Source of the DNA: Rhizobacter sp.
GTDB taxonomy: Bacteria; Pseudomonadota; Gammaproteobacteria; Burkholderiales; Burkholderiaceae_C
NCBI GenBank assembly: GCA_017986065.1
Contig: JAGNWJ010000004.1
Location: forward strand, 16,437 to 80,436
Direction of reading: 5' to 3'
DNA length: 64,000 nt
Numbering within the stretch: the stretch's first letter is position 1; every line of letters begins with the position of its first letter. A model generated the notes under the pieces. That model ran no database searches. It had not been told where the DNA came from and saw nothing but the letters and a program-made list of their open reading frames with translations. The position numbers were made by a program, and so were the translations under genes. Below, piece after piece: positions 10,113-19,634 of the stretch.

Positions 10113-10577
10113 TCATCGGCCAGTGCTGACATCTCGCTGCGCTGGCCCTCGAACCGCTCCGGGTACCGGGCCGGCGACAGCACCTTCCTGTTGGGCCTTG
10201 ATCGTCAGGTCGGCGGAGCTGGTGTCCTTCATGGCGACAACCACCTTCGTCGCGGGAAATGCCATCCCGATGACGATGATGAACGGCACGATGGTCCAGA
10301 TGATCTCGACGGTGGTGCTTTCGTGAAAATTGGCGGCCTTCGCTCCCTTCGCCTTGCGGTGCATCAGGACCGACCAGAACATGAAACCGAACACACCGAC
10401 GAAGGTCACCATGCAGAGGACCAGCAGGGAATAGTGCAGCCACCGCTGATCTTCAGCGATCTTCGTCGCCGAGATCGGCAGGTCGTTGACCGCAGCAGCC
10501 AGCGTCGAGACGGCACACAGGCCGAGGCCGGTGAGGACTTGTCCGGCTCTGCTGCAAATTGCGTTCATCTTGTTCAT
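10113..10577 (-). pseudogene. coxB: Cytochrome c oxidase subunit II (coxB/ctaC) 5' fragment: signal peptide plus two TM helices only, with the CuA domain missing
   Basis: The first roughly 128 aa match CoxB: 'TKIAEDQRWLHYSLLVLCMVTFVGVFGFMFWSVLMHRKAKGAKAANFHESTTVEIIWTIVPFIIVIGMAFPATKVVVAMKDTSSADLTIKA'. Homology stops at about nt 10194, where 'TGYQWKWGYDY...' is expected, and the ORF then runs 26 unrelated codons to a stop. The ATG overlaps the DUF2244 stop (ATGA). Confidence 0.65.
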
Positions 10578-11164
10578 CGTGACTGCTCGCGTTGTCCTGG
10601 CTCTGCCGCAAGCAGAGCATCCTGCGGCCGGGTGCGCGCCAGCCGAACCGCTTGTCGCAATTCGTTGGCCAACTGTCGCCGCATCTCCGGGCGCACAAAC
10701 CGCCCGACCTCGATCCTTCGTCCTTGCCCGGACAACTCGATCAGCGACTGATCACCGGTGACCGGTTCCACGCTGACCCACTCGGTCGCAAACTCGGCCT
10801 TCTCGACCATGCTGCCCGAAGTGAGTTCCACCGTGAGCCGACCGCTGCGCATCGCGATGTTTTCCTGATCAGTGGCGTGCCGCGAATACACCATCAAGGC
10901 GATGCCGACGGCCGCCAGTTCGATCCACGCGAACGGCATGATCAGCTTGGCGCCCTGCAGCCAGAAAAACCCCGCGATCATCAGCGACAGCACGCAAAAA
11001 CCACCGAACACGGCCAGCAACTGTCTCGGCGTCAGAGAGCAATTGCGTTTCAGTATCCACTCGACAGACCACTCCCCGGCACCCGAACCACTCTCGACGC
11101 CGAAATGCCACGGCGCGTGCTTCGCGCGAACGCTTGGTGCAAAAAGTGATGGATAAGTAGACAT
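10574..11164 (-). CDS. DUF2244-type integral membrane protein usually found upstream of coxB
   Basis: It contains 'RNCSLTPRQLLAVFGGFCVLSLMIAGFFWLQGAKLIMPFAWIELAAVGIALMVY' (two TM helices) followed by a soluble C-terminus. I chose the ATG at 11164 ('MSTYPSLF'). Confidence 0.65.
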   Translation of the reverse strand: MSTYPSLFAPSVRAKHAPWHFGVESGSGAGEWSVEWILKRNCSLTPRQLLAVFGGFCVLSLMIAGFFWLQGAKLIMPFAWIELAAVGIALMVYSRHATDQENIAMRSGRLTVELTSGSMVEKAEFATEWVSVEPVTGDQSLIELSGQGRRIEVGRFVRPEMRRQLANELRQAVRLARTRPQDALLAAEPGQREQSR

Positions 11165-11299
11165 CCAGCGGCGGTGGGTTCGGGCGAGCCAGAGCGGCAC
11201 TCTGGGGCGTGGGTTCGACTTGACTCGAATCAAGGGCAGCGCCGGATTCGAGCCTGGAATGAAGCGGTCGGCAGTCTACTCGAGTCGGGGATTCCTGTG

Positions 11300-12214
11300 T
11301 CAGGCCGGTCGACGAGCCTCGCGCATCAGCCGCCGCATCTCCTCGAGCGAAACCTGCGTCTCCGCCGCAACCTGGACAGGAGAATCGGCCTTGAACGCGT
11401 GGCCGTAGATGATCTCGAAGGTCAGCCCGATTCGTCCGTTCTGGTCTCGCCTGCTGTCAAGTTCGCGGTACAGACGCGTCAGCCAGCGCGGCGTGCGCAG
11501 CCCCCCGAAACGCTCCGGCGATGCGTTGCCGCCCAGCAATCGAAGGTCCTTGCAGAGCGCCTGAGCGCTTTCCCAGTGCACCGTCAACGTCTCCTGATCC
11601 ATCACCGGGTCGGCAAAACCTGCTTGCAGCAGCATGTCTCCCAGGTCGTGCATGTCGACGAAATCGACGGTGGGTGCCGGCCATCCCTGCCCGGAATAAA
11701 GGGCCCTCAGCTCGCGCGCGGTGTCCGGCCCCAGACACGAAAACATCACGAATCCGCCGCCAGCCAGCATGCGTTGCCATCGTTGCAGCAAAGCGGGCGG
11801 GTCCTTGACGGCATGCAATGCCATGTTGGCCCACAACAGCTGCGCACCAGCAGGCTGCACTTCGTTCGAGTCGACGATCACCTCAACCGGCGGAGCCCTC
11901 CATCGGCGACCGCTCCACCATGGCGATCGCAATGCCTGCCGGCTGCGCAGCGCCAGATCCTCGCTGGGTTCGACGGCGCGCAGCTCAGCATGGGGATAGG
12001 CCGCGGTCAGCAACGCGCTGCCGCCACCGAGATACGCACCCCAGTCGATCATCCGATCCGGCGACATGCGGAACAAGGCCAGACGCTCGGCCATGCGCCC
12101 TGCGATTTCGGCATGCAGCCAGGGCGGTCTCGTCAGGCGACCGAGTCGACGCTGGGTGGCGGCAACGGCGGCCTCATCGATGAGGCGCTGCGTCGTGTGG
12201 GAAGCTACAGCCAT
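11300..12214 (-). CDS. Class I SAM-dependent methyltransferase, BioC-like (malonyl-ACP O-methyltransferase family)
   Basis: A methyltransferase fold is suggested by 'IDWGAYLGGGS' (motif I-like) and 'LLWANMALHAV.DPPALLQRWQRMLAGGGFVMFSCLGPDT'. The gene is divergent from comF, as in many beta-proteobacteria. A role in biotin synthesis is not established here. Confidence 0.6.
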   Translation of the reverse strand: MAVASHTTQRLIDEAAVAATQRRLGRLTRPPWLHAEIAGRMAERLALFRMSPDRMIDWGAYLGGGSALLTAAYPHAELRAVEPSEDLALRSRQALRSPWWSGRRWRAPPVEVIVDSNEVQPAGAQLLWANMALHAVKDPPALLQRWQRMLAGGGFVMFSCLGPDTARELRALYSGQGWPAPTVDFVDMHDLGDMLLQAGFADPVMDQETLTVHWESAQALCKDLRLLGGNASPERFGGLRTPRWLTRLYRELDSRRDQNGRIGLTFEIIYGHAFKADSPVQVAAETQVSLEEMRRLMREARRPA

Positions 12215-12234
12215 CGCCCCAGTATATTGAGGGC

Positions 12235-12966
12235 GTGAATGTGCAGACCCGTTTGATACACCCCGATGAACGACCCTGGTGGCGTCGCTTGCCGAGCCTG
12301 TGCGCGGTCTGTCATGGCTGGGGCTCCAGTCGGGTCTGCGGCACCTGCGTCAGCCGTTTCGCCCCCCACACCGATCGGTGCCTGCGGTGCGCCGCAACGC
12401 TGACCGCGAGGGTCGAACTCTGCGGAGACTGCATCCGGAACCCGCCCCCCTTCGACAGTGCGCTCGCAGCCGTCGACTACGGCCACCCCTGGGACCGGCT
12501 CATCCGGGAGTTCAAGTTCAGCGATTCGCCCGAACTTGCCGGGCCGCTGGCCGAACTGCTGATTGCTGCACACCGTCGGCGCACTGATGTACCGCCGGAT
12601 CTCCTGCTGCCGGTGCCGCTGGGTTCCGGACGGCTGAAGGAGCGCGGGTACAACCAGTCATGGGAGATTGCGCGTCGATGCGCCCATCGGCTGGGTTGCC
12701 GCACCGATGCGACGCTGCTGCTTCGCATCAAGGACACGCCGCATCAACTTTCGCTGCCGCGCGAGCATCGCAAGCGCAACGTTCAGGGCGCCTTCGCCGT
12801 CGAACCGACACGGCGGGACGCCTTGAGAGGACGCAAGGTCACGCTGGTCGACGACGTGATGACGACGCAGGCCACCGCGGCCGAGTTGACGCAGGTCGTG
12901 CGCGCCGCGGGTGCAGCGGCCGTGCATGTCTGGGTGGTGGCGCGCACCCCCGCGCCGGGGCACTGA
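12235..12966 (+). CDS. comF: ComF family protein (phosphoribosyltransferase domain)
   Basis: The N-terminal zinc-finger-like region has 'CAVCHGW...CGTC' and 'CLRCA...CGDC'. The PRTase motif is 'VTLVDDVMTTQATA'. It has a GTG start. Confidence 0.85.
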   Translation: MNVQTRLIHPDERPWWRRLPSLCAVCHGWGSSRVCGTCVSRFAPHTDRCLRCAATLTARVELCGDCIRNPPPFDSALAAVDYGHPWDRLIREFKFSDSPELAGPLAELLIAAHRRRTDVPPDLLLPVPLGSGRLKERGYNQSWEIARRCAHRLGCRTDATLLLRIKDTPHQLSLPREHRKRNVQGAFAVEPTRRDALRGRKVTLVDDVMTTQATAAELTQVVRAAGAAAVHVWVVARTPAPGH

Positions 12967-12968
12967 CC

Positions 12969-13439
12969 TTGTTCAACATCGTTCTGGTGCATCCGGAGAT
13001 TCCCCCCAACACCGGCAACGTGATACGGCTCGCGGCCAACACGGGGTGCGAGCTGCATCTGATCGAGCCTCTGGGCTTCTCGATGGACGACAAGCTGCTG
13101 CAACGCGCCGGCCTCGATTACCACGAGCATGCACGGGTGCAGCGGCATGCCTCCTGGGATGGCTTCATCGACAACAGGCAACCCGACCCGACGCGCTGCT
13201 TCGCGTTCACGACAAGGGGCACCCAGACCCCCGGCGCCGTGCACTGGCAAGCCGGAGACTGGCTGGTATTCGGCTCGGAAACTTCCGGCCTGCCGGAGTC
13301 ACTGCGAGCCTCGTTCGCCCAGGAGCGGCTGGTGAGGCTGCCGTTGCTTCCGGGGCAACGCAGCCTGAACCTGAGCAATGCGGTCGCGGTCGCGGTATTC
13401 GAAGCGTGGAGGCAGCACGGCTATGCCGGCGGCGTGTGA
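12969..13439 (+). CDS. trmL: tRNA (cytidine/uridine-2'-O-)-methyltransferase TrmL (SpoU/TrmH family)
   Basis: It contains 'FNIVLVHPEIPPNTGNVIRLAANTGCELHLIEPLGF', 'LVFGSETSGLP' and 'RSLNLSNAVAVAVFEAWRQ'. I chose TTG 12969, directly after the comF stop. The track ORF start at 12660 is an artefact. Confidence 0.9.
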   Translation: MFNIVLVHPEIPPNTGNVIRLAANTGCELHLIEPLGFSMDDKLLQRAGLDYHEHARVQRHASWDGFIDNRQPDPTRCFAFTTRGTQTPGAVHWQAGDWLVFGSETSGLPESLRASFAQERLVRLPLLPGQRSLNLSNAVAVAVFEAWRQHGYAGGV

Positions 13440-13446
13440 TCGCTGA

Positions 13447-14436
13447 TCAGAGCTCGGCGCGCGGGTCGCGCCCCATCAGCAACTCGACGCCCTGACTCGG
13501 GGTCACACGACCCTCCAGCACCGCCACGACCGCCGAGGTGATGGGCATCTCGACGCCCAGCGCCTGAGCGCGGCGCAGCACCGTGGCCGCACTGAATACC
13601 CCTTCGGCGACATGGCCCAGGTCCGCCAGAATCTGCGGCAGGGGCTTGCCCTGAGCCAGTTGCAATCCGACGGTGCGATTGCGCGACAGATCGCCGGTGG
13701 CCGTCAGCACCAGATCGCCCAGTCCGCTCAAGCCCATGAACGTTTCCGCCCGTGCGCCGAGTGCCGTGCCCAATCTCACCATCTCGGCCAGACCCCGCGT
13801 GATCAACGCAGCGCGGGCGTTGTAGCCGAGCTGCAGGCCATCGGCCAGTCCGGTGGCAATCGCCATCACATTCTTGATGGCGCCACCGACCTCGACGCCT
13901 ATCGGGTCGTCGGATGTGTAGATACGCAGGTTGTCGCAGTGAAGCAACTCGACCGCCTGATTGCAAAGGGACGGATCGACGCTCGCCGCGACCAGCGCCG
14001 TGGGCTGACCGCGAGCGACTTCCTGGGCAAAGCTCGGCCCCGACAGGACGCCGACCCGAGCGCCGGGCCGCACCTGGCCAGCGACCTCATGTCCCAGCCG
14101 GCCGGTATCCTTCTGCAGACCTTTGCACAGCCAGAACAGGCCCGGACCCTGTGGCCCGGCGGGCAGTGCGCTTAACACCGCAGCGAGCGCGGACATCGGC
14201 GTCGCCACGATCAGCAGGCCGCCACGCGCATGCTCGACGGCAGCCTTGAAATCGCTCGTGATGTGGATCGACGGCGGCAGTTCGACCGCGTCGAGATAGC
14301 GCATGTTGCGCCTGAGCGCCTGCATGCCCTGCGCCTGCGCGGGATCGCGCGCCCACAGCATCGTGGGGTGCCGGGCACTGGCGCTGACCGCCAGTGCGGT
14401 TCCCCACGCACCGGCCCCGAGCACGCTGAGGTTCAC
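13447..14436 (-). CDS. gpsA: NAD(P)H-dependent glycerol-3-phosphate dehydrogenase
   Basis: The Rossmann motif is '[14 protein letters not shown]'. It also has 'GPSFAQEV' and '[13 protein letters not shown]'. The gpsA-secB-grxC-rhodanese synteny supports the call. Confidence 0.93.
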   Translation of the reverse strand: MNLSVLGAGAWGTALAVSASARHPTMLWARDPAQAQGMQALRRNMRYLDAVELPPSIHITSDFKAAVEHARGGLLIVATPMSALAAVLSALPAGPQGPGLFWLCKGLQKDTGRLGHEVAGQVRPGARVGVLSGPSFAQEVARGQPTALVAASVDPSLCNQAVELLHCDNLRIYTSDDPIGVEVGGAIKNVMAIATGLADGLQLGYNARAALITRGLAEMVRLGTALGARAETFMGLSGLGDLVLTATGDLSRNRTVGLQLAQGKPLPQILADLGHVAEGVFSAATVLRRAQALGVEMPITSAVVAVLEGRVTPSQGVELLMGRDPRAEL

Positions 14437-14474
14437 GGGTGAGCGCTCAGGTGCCCGGTGCGCGGATCAGACGC

Positions 14475-14960
14475 TCAGTTGGGAAGCGCGCCGCCGTTCG
14501 CTGCAGCCTTCTTGGCCGCTTCTTCAGCGGCTGCCGCCTTCTGACCTTCATACATGGCCTGGAAGTTGACTTCGGTCAGCAGCACAGGCGGGAAGCCGGC
14601 ACGTGTGCAGAGGTCGGAGACGATCGCGCGCAGGTACGGGTAGACGATGCCAGGGCAGGCGATGCTGACGATCGGCTGCATCTGTTCCTTGGGAATGTTG
14701 CGGATCTCGAAGATGCCGGCCTGCTTGGCTTCGAGCAGGAACAGCGTCTTCTCGCCCACGGTGGCGGTCACCGTGACGCGCAGCGTCACTTCGTAGTTGT
14801 CCGGGCCAACCGTCTCGGCACCGACACCGATGTTGATATCGACCTTCGGCGGGGTCTGCTCCAGGAAGATGGCAGGCGAATTGGGCTGCTCCAGCGACAT
14901 GTCCTTGAGGTAGATGCGCTGGATGTTGAACACGGGAGCGTTGTTGTCTTCGTCTGCCAT
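14475..14960 (-). CDS. secB: Protein-export chaperone SecB
   Basis: It contains '[19 protein letters not shown]', '[18 protein letters not shown]' and '[24 protein letters not shown]'. Confidence 0.93.
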   Translation of the reverse strand: MADEDNNAPVFNIQRIYLKDMSLEQPNSPAIFLEQTPPKVDINIGVGAETVGPDNYEVTLRVTVTATVGEKTLFLLEAKQAGIFEIRNIPKEQMQPIVSIACPGIVYPYLRAIVSDLCTRAGFPPVLLTEVNFQAMYEGQKAAAAEEAAKKAAANGGALPN

Positions 14961-15083
14961 GAGAGTCTCGATTGGTTGCTGGATCTGCGACCGGAGCCGC
15001 TTGCGGCCCGGGATTATGGGGGATGGGGCCAGCCTGGGCTGCCACCGACGTGAGCGTGCGGTGTGCCCGCGGGAAGTTCGGGC

Positions 15084-15365
15084 TCAGTGCCCCGAAAGCA
15101 GCGGCAACAAGCCACCGCGCCGATCGAGCGCGACCAGATCGTCGCAACCGCCGATGTGTGCGTCGCCGATGAATATCTGCGGCACGGTACGCCGGCCGGT
15201 GCGTTCGACCATCGCGTCCCGCGCGGCGGGGTCAAGGTCGATCCGGACCTCGTCGATCACGGTCACGCCACGCTCCTTGAGCAAGGCCTTGGCGCGCAGG
15301 CAGTACGGGCACACCTGGGTCGTGTACATCGTGACGGCGACGAGGGGGATGCTGGAGGTGGACAT
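15084..15365 (-). CDS. grxC: Glutaredoxin 3
   Basis: The active site is 'VTMYTTQVCPYCLRAKALL'. It also has 'RTVPQIFIGD.HIGGCDDL'. The start could lie a few codons further in. Confidence 0.9.
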   Translation of the reverse strand: MSTSSIPLVAVTMYTTQVCPYCLRAKALLKERGVTVIDEVRIDLDPAARDAMVERTGRRTVPQIFIGDAHIGGCDDLVALDRRGGLLPLLSGH

Positions 15366-15380
15366 GGCGAACTCGCGAAG

Positions 15381-15791
15381 TCAGACGGAACGTTCGATGG
15401 GCAGATTGGCTTCGCGCCAGGCCGCCACGCCGCCGGCGACTGCGCGCGTGTTCTCGTAGCCCCGCTTGCGGAGCAGGCCGACGCCGCGCTGTGCACGCGC
15501 GCCGGTGGGGCACATCAGCAGCAGCGGTACGGCCTTGTTCTTGGGCAGGTCGGCGCTCGCCTCGAGGCTGCCGATCGGTATGTTCCTGGCGCCGCCCGCG
15601 TGACCGGCAGCGTACTCGGCAGGCTCGCTGACGTCGATCAGCACGCCCTTTTCCCGGTTGATCAGGTTGACCGCTTCGCTCGGGCTGACCCGCACGCCAC
15701 CCGTTCCGCGGGACAGCATGGGCCAAAACAGCAGCGCACCGGAAACCAGGGCAGCCGCGAACAGAAACCAGTTGGCGAGGAAGAAGGTCAC
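15381..15791 (-). CDS. Rhodanese-like domain protein with an N-terminal membrane anchor (YibN-like)
   Basis: The TM helix 'FFLANWFLFAAALVSGALLFWP' precedes a rhodanese domain with 'VLIDVSEPAEYAAGHAGGARNIP' and active-site loop 'LMCPTGARAQ'. I prefer the GTG at 15791; ATG 15860 is an alternative. The 283-aa track ORF is over-extended. Confidence 0.8.
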   Translation of the reverse strand: MTFFLANWFLFAAALVSGALLFWPMLSRGTGGVRVSPSEAVNLINREKGVLIDVSEPAEYAAGHAGGARNIPIGSLEASADLPKNKAVPLLLMCPTGARAQRGVGLLRKRGYENTRAVAGGVAAWREANLPIERSV

Positions 15792-15896
15792 GAAGCGATC
15801 CGGTTGGGCAGGGCGAACTGCAAAACCCTGGATTATAGAATTTGAGGGTTTCCCCGACATCGGGCTCTCAAGCAACCTCCGAGCACCATCCGCCTC

Positions 15897-16592
15897 ATGT
15901 ACCAACTCGTGTTGATCCGCCACGGACAGTCCACCTGGAACCTCGAAAACCGATTCACGGGCTGGGTCGATGTCGAGTTGACACCGCTCGGCGTGGATCA
16001 GGCGCAAGCCGCGGGCCGGCTGCTCAAGAAGCACGGGTTCGACTTCGACCTCGCCTACACCTCCGTACTGAAGCGCGCCGTGTGGACGCTGTGGCACACG
16101 CTGGATCAACTCGACCGCACCTGGCTGCCGGTGGTGCACTCGTGGCGGCTCAACGAGCGCCACTACGGCGCGTTGGAAGGCCTGAACAAGGCAGACACAG
16201 CAGAAAAGTACGGGGATGCACAGGTGCTGCAATGGCGCCGCAGCTACGACACACCACCGCCCGCGCTCGACCCGTCTGATCCACGCTGTGAACGATTCGA
16301 CAGGCGGTATGCCTCACTGAAGGCCGGCGAGGTGCCGCTGACCGAATGCCTGAAAGACACGGTTGAGAGGGTGCTGCCGTTCTGGAACGACGTCATCGTG
16401 CCTTCGATCACCGCCGGCAAGCGGGTGGTCGTCGCGGCACACGGCAACAGCATTCGGGCGCTGATGAAGCACCTGGACAACATCTCGGACGACGACATCG
16501 TCGGCCTCGAGATTCCCAACGGCGTGCCGATCGTCTACGACCTCGACGCCCAGTTCCGGCCGATCAGCCGACGTTTCCTCGAAATCGACTGA
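15897..16592 (+). CDS. gpmA: 2,3-bisphosphoglycerate-dependent phosphoglycerate mutase
   Basis: It contains '[23 protein letters not shown]', '[14 protein letters not shown]' and '[11 protein letters not shown]'. Confidence 0.93.
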   Translation: MYQLVLIRHGQSTWNLENRFTGWVDVELTPLGVDQAQAAGRLLKKHGFDFDLAYTSVLKRAVWTLWHTLDQLDRTWLPVVHSWRLNERHYGALEGLNKADTAEKYGDAQVLQWRRSYDTPPPALDPSDPRCERFDRRYASLKAGEVPLTECLKDTVERVLPFWNDVIVPSITAGKRVVVAAHGNSIRALMKHLDNISDDDIVGLEIPNGVPIVYDLDAQFRPISRRFLEID

Positions 16593-16607
16593 CGCGCGGA
16601 GACCGGA

Positions 16608-17360
16608 TCAGGCGGTCGGCGTCATCCGCGGCAACTGCGCGGCGATGTCCGCCGAGAGCCGCGCGGCCAAGGCACGGCGCTCGAGATGAGCACTGGGCTG
16701 CGCAGCGAGAAAGCTCAGCCGGGCAACGAGCCTGTCGGCCGAAGCGACCGCCCACAGTGACTGCAGAAGCGTCGTGTCGCCGATGTAGGCAGCAGCAGAA
16801 CTGACCGTCTCCCGGTCATCGCTGAACCTCAACGCGATCGGCTGCACGGGTGCCTGCGCCACGATGGCCGCCTGCAACAGGTTGGCGTGGAACGGCAGCA
16901 CGCCATGTCCGTCACTGGTGGTGCCTTCGGGAAACACCGCGACCTGCTCTCCCGCCTTCAGAGCCTGAGCAACCAGGTGCAGCACCCGCAGCGCATCACG
17001 GGAACGTTCGCGCTCTATGAACAGCGTGCCGCCGCACGCCACGAGCCAGCCCAGCAGCGGCCACGCACGAATGTCGGCCTTCGACACGAAGCGCACGGGC
17101 CGGACCGCATTGATCGCCAGGATGTCGATCCACGAGACATGGTTGGCGACGAACAGGCTGGCTCCTGACACCGGCGTTCCGGAAACACGCAGTCCGATCC
17201 CCAGCACCGTCAACGCCTGTGCCGACCAGCGACCCACATGGGCCATGCGTCGTGGTGCGTCGATGAACGGGAAGACCACGGCGCATGTCAGCATTCCGCG
17301 CAGAACGTGCAGCCCGCAGCGAAGCAGCCGAAGAACAGCCCGCAGGCGGACCCGGATCAA
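16608..17360 (-). CDS. Lysophospholipid (1-acyl-sn-glycerol-3-phosphate) acyltransferase family protein
   Basis: The HX4D motif is 'FVANHVSWIDI'. It also has 'FVSKADI' and 'VAVFPEGTTSDG'. The start overlaps the pyrC' stop by 4 nt. Confidence 0.85.
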   Translation of the reverse strand: MIRVRLRAVLRLLRCGLHVLRGMLTCAVVFPFIDAPRRMAHVGRWSAQALTVLGIGLRVSGTPVSGASLFVANHVSWIDILAINAVRPVRFVSKADIRAWPLLGWLVACGGTLFIERERSRDALRVLHLVAQALKAGEQVAVFPEGTTSDGHGVLPFHANLLQAAIVAQAPVQPIALRFSDDRETVSSAAAYIGDTTLLQSLWAVASADRLVARLSFLAAQPSAHLERRALAARLSADIAAQLPRMTPTA

Positions 17361-18652
17361 GGCGATTCGAATGCCACGTGCCCGGAGACCAGGGTGTACC
17401 TGACGCGACCCGGCAACTCGTGCCCGGTGAAGGGCGTGTGCTTTCCCTGGCTCCTGAGCGCGTCCGGGCGCACCTGCCAGTATTCGGCCGGATCGAACAG
17501 GCAGACATCGGCCACACCACCCTCGACCAACTGGCCGGCGCTCGATGCCAAGGATCCAAGCGCGTCAGCGATCACCCGAACCGGCGAGATGGTGATCGTC
17601 GCCAACGTGCGAGCCAGTTCCTGTCCGGATTGCTCACCCCACTTCAAAGCCAGTCCGAGCAGCAGCTCTAGACCGGTGGCCCCGGGCTCGGCCTCGGCGA
17701 AGGGAAGCGTCTTGGCGTCCTCGTCGACCGGCGTGTGGTCGCTGACCAGCGCATCGATGGTTCCGTCGGCCAACCCGGCGCGCAGCGCGTCCCGGTCGCG
17801 GACCTGACGCAGTGGCGGCGTCAGGCGCATCGCGGCGTTGAAATACCCGATGTCGATGTCGGTCAGGTGCAGGTGGTTGACGCTGACATCGCAGGTGATC
17901 GGCAACCCCTCGGCCTTGGCGCGTCGCACCAGATCGACGCCTGCGGCACTGCTCAGGCGGCAGATGTGCACGCGTGCACGGGTGTCACGCACCAGTTCGA
18001 AGAGCGTGTTCAGGGCGATCGTCTCGGCGATCACCGGCACCCCGGTCAGCCCCATGCGCGTGGCCAGCGCGCCCTTGGCGGCGACCCCGTTGCCGAGGTA
18101 GCCATCCTGGGCCCGCAGCCAGGTCGTGTAGCCGAAGGTCGATGCGTACTGCAAGGCGCGATGCAGCACCAGCGTGTCCTTGAGCGCGACTTCGGCGTGC
18201 GAGAACCCGACGCAGCCCGCCTCGGTCAGCTCGGCCATCTCGGTCAGCACCTCGCCTGCCAGACCACGCGTCAACGCGCCCAGCGGGTACAGATGCGACT
18301 GGTTCAGGTTGCGTGCGCGGAACTTGAGCATCTCGACCAGACCGGGCTCGTCGAGCGGCGGGTCGGTGTCGGGCAGGCAGACGAGGCTGGTCACACCGCC
18401 GGCGACGGCGGCGGCCATCTCGGACTCGAGCATGCCTTCGTGCTCGTGGCCGGGCTCGCGCAGACGCACCGCCAGATCGACGAATCCAGGCGCGACCACC
18501 AGGCCACGCGCGTCGATGGTTCGATTGGGGTGGAAATCGGCGCTGACCTGGCCGATGCGCACGACGCGGCCGGCCGCTATCGCGATGTCGGTTTGTTCGT
18601 CGCGACCGGAAGCCGGGTCGATCACGCGGCCGTTCTGGATCAGGATCTTCAT
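17357..18652 (-). CDS. Dihydroorotase-like protein, probably the non-catalytic PyrC' partner of aspartate carbamoyltransferase
   Basis: It has an amidohydrolase fold and lies directly downstream of pyrB. The expected zinc-binding 'D.H.H.R.PG' reads 'DLAVRLREPG', with both His replaced, as in Pseudomonas-type PyrC'. I chose the ATG at 18652 ('MKILIQNGRVIDP'). Confidence 0.85.
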   Translation of the reverse strand: MKILIQNGRVIDPASGRDEQTDIAIAAGRVVRIGQVSADFHPNRTIDARGLVVAPGFVDLAVRLREPGHEHEGMLESEMAAAVAGGVTSLVCLPDTDPPLDEPGLVEMLKFRARNLNQSHLYPLGALTRGLAGEVLTEMAELTEAGCVGFSHAEVALKDTLVLHRALQYASTFGYTTWLRAQDGYLGNGVAAKGALATRMGLTGVPVIAETIALNTLFELVRDTRARVHICRLSSAAGVDLVRRAKAEGLPITCDVSVNHLHLTDIDIGYFNAAMRLTPPLRQVRDRDALRAGLADGTIDALVSDHTPVDEDAKTLPFAEAEPGATGLELLLGLALKWGEQSGQELARTLATITISPVRVIADALGSLASSAGQLVEGGVADVCLFDPAEYWQVRPDALRSQGKHTPFTGHELPGRVRYTLVSGHVAFESP

Positions 18653-18671
18653 TCTCTTCAGTCCCGCGCCA

Positions 18672-19634
18672 TCAGGCGGAATTGCCCGCAATCGTCGACA
18701 TCACCGCCATGCGCACGGCGATGCCGAAGGTCACCTGCGGCAGGATCACGCTCTGCGCGCCATCGGCCACGCGGGAATCGATCTCGACACCGCGATTGAT
18801 CGGCCCGGGGTGCATGACGATCGCATCGGGCTTGGCCAGCGCCAGCTTTTCCTGGGTCAGTCCGTAATTCTTGAAGAACTCGCCCGCGCTGGGCAGCATG
18901 GCGCCGCTCATGCGCTCGTTCTGCAGGCGGAGCATGATGATCACATCGGCGCCGCGGATGCCTTCGGCCATGTCGTGACACACCCGCACGCCCATCTCGC
19001 GCAGGTCGCCGGGCACCAGCGTCTTCGGTCCGACCGCACGCACCTCGGGCACACCCAGCGTCGTCAGCGCATGGATGTCGGAGCGCGCCACGCGCGAGTG
19101 CACGATGTCGCCAACGATCGCCACCGTCAGGTTGGTGAAGTCCTTCTTGTAGTGACGGATCGTGTACATGTCGAGCAGACCCTGCGTCGGATGTGCATGG
19201 CGTCCGTCGCCCGCGTTGACCACATGGACGTGCGGCGCACAGTGCTGCGCGATCAGGTAGGGCGCGCCACTCTGGCTGTGCCGCACGACGAACATGTCGG
19301 CGTGCATCGCACTGAGGTTGGCGATGGTGTCGAGCAGGCTCTCGCCCTTGGCAGCGCTGGAGCGCGCGATGTCGAGGTTGATCACGTCGGCACTCAGCCG
19401 CTTGGCCGCGATCTCGAACGTGGTTCTCGTGCGGGTGCTGTTCTCGAAGAACAGGTTGAACACGCTCTTGCCGCGCAGCAGCGGCACCTTCTTGACCTCG
19501 CGGTCGTTGACGCTCAGGAAGGTGCCCGCGGTGTCGAGGATCTGATGAATCAGCGCGCGCGGCAGACCTTCGATGGAAAGCAGGTGGATCAGCTCGCCGT
19601 GCTTGTTGAGTTGCGGGTTGTTTCTGAAATTCAA
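18672..19634 (-). CDS. pyrB: Aspartate carbamoyltransferase catalytic subunit
   Basis: It contains '[12 protein letters not shown]', 'HPTQGLLD' and '[12 protein letters not shown]'. Confidence 0.95.
   Translation of the reverse strand: MNFRNNPQLNKHGELIHLLSIEGLPRALIHQILDTAGTFLSVNDREVKKVPLLRGKSVFNLFFENSTRTRTTFEIAAKRLSADVINLDIARSSAAKGESLLDTIANLSAMHADMFVVRHSQSGAPYLIAQHCAPHVHVVNAGDGRHAHPTQGLLDMYTIRHYKKDFTNLTVAIVGDIVHSRVARSDIHALTTLGVPEVRAVGPKTLVPGDLREMGVRVCHDMAEGIRGADVIIMLRLQNERMSGAMLPSAGEFFKNYGLTQEKLALAKPDAIVMHPGPINRGVEIDSRVADGAQSVILPQVTFGIAVRMAVMSTIAGNSA

Noticed and set aside
9977-10183. A 68-aa ORF, and the 26-codon tail of the coxB ORF, in the unexplained 320 bp between DUF2909 and the coxB break point.
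   Set aside because: There are no hydrophobic segments or known motifs, and the composition is typical of random high-GC ORFs. I treat the region as deletion scar or unassigned DNA; see the cox finding.
11165-11299. tRNA-like 'GGGTTCGACTT' and 'GGATTCGAGCC' strings in the region upstream of the DUF2244 gene.
   Set aside because: No acceptor stem, anticodon arm or complementary T-stem can be built around them. This is more likely a promoter or leader region. tRNAscan-SE would confirm.
16540-16592. GpmA ends about 15 residues earlier ('...[12 protein letters not shown]') than the roughly 247-250-aa dPGMs I remember, so the flexible C-terminal tail seems short.
   Set aside because: I cannot verify family length variation without an alignment. 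All catalytic motifs are present and there is no sign of a frameshift. This is probably natural variation.
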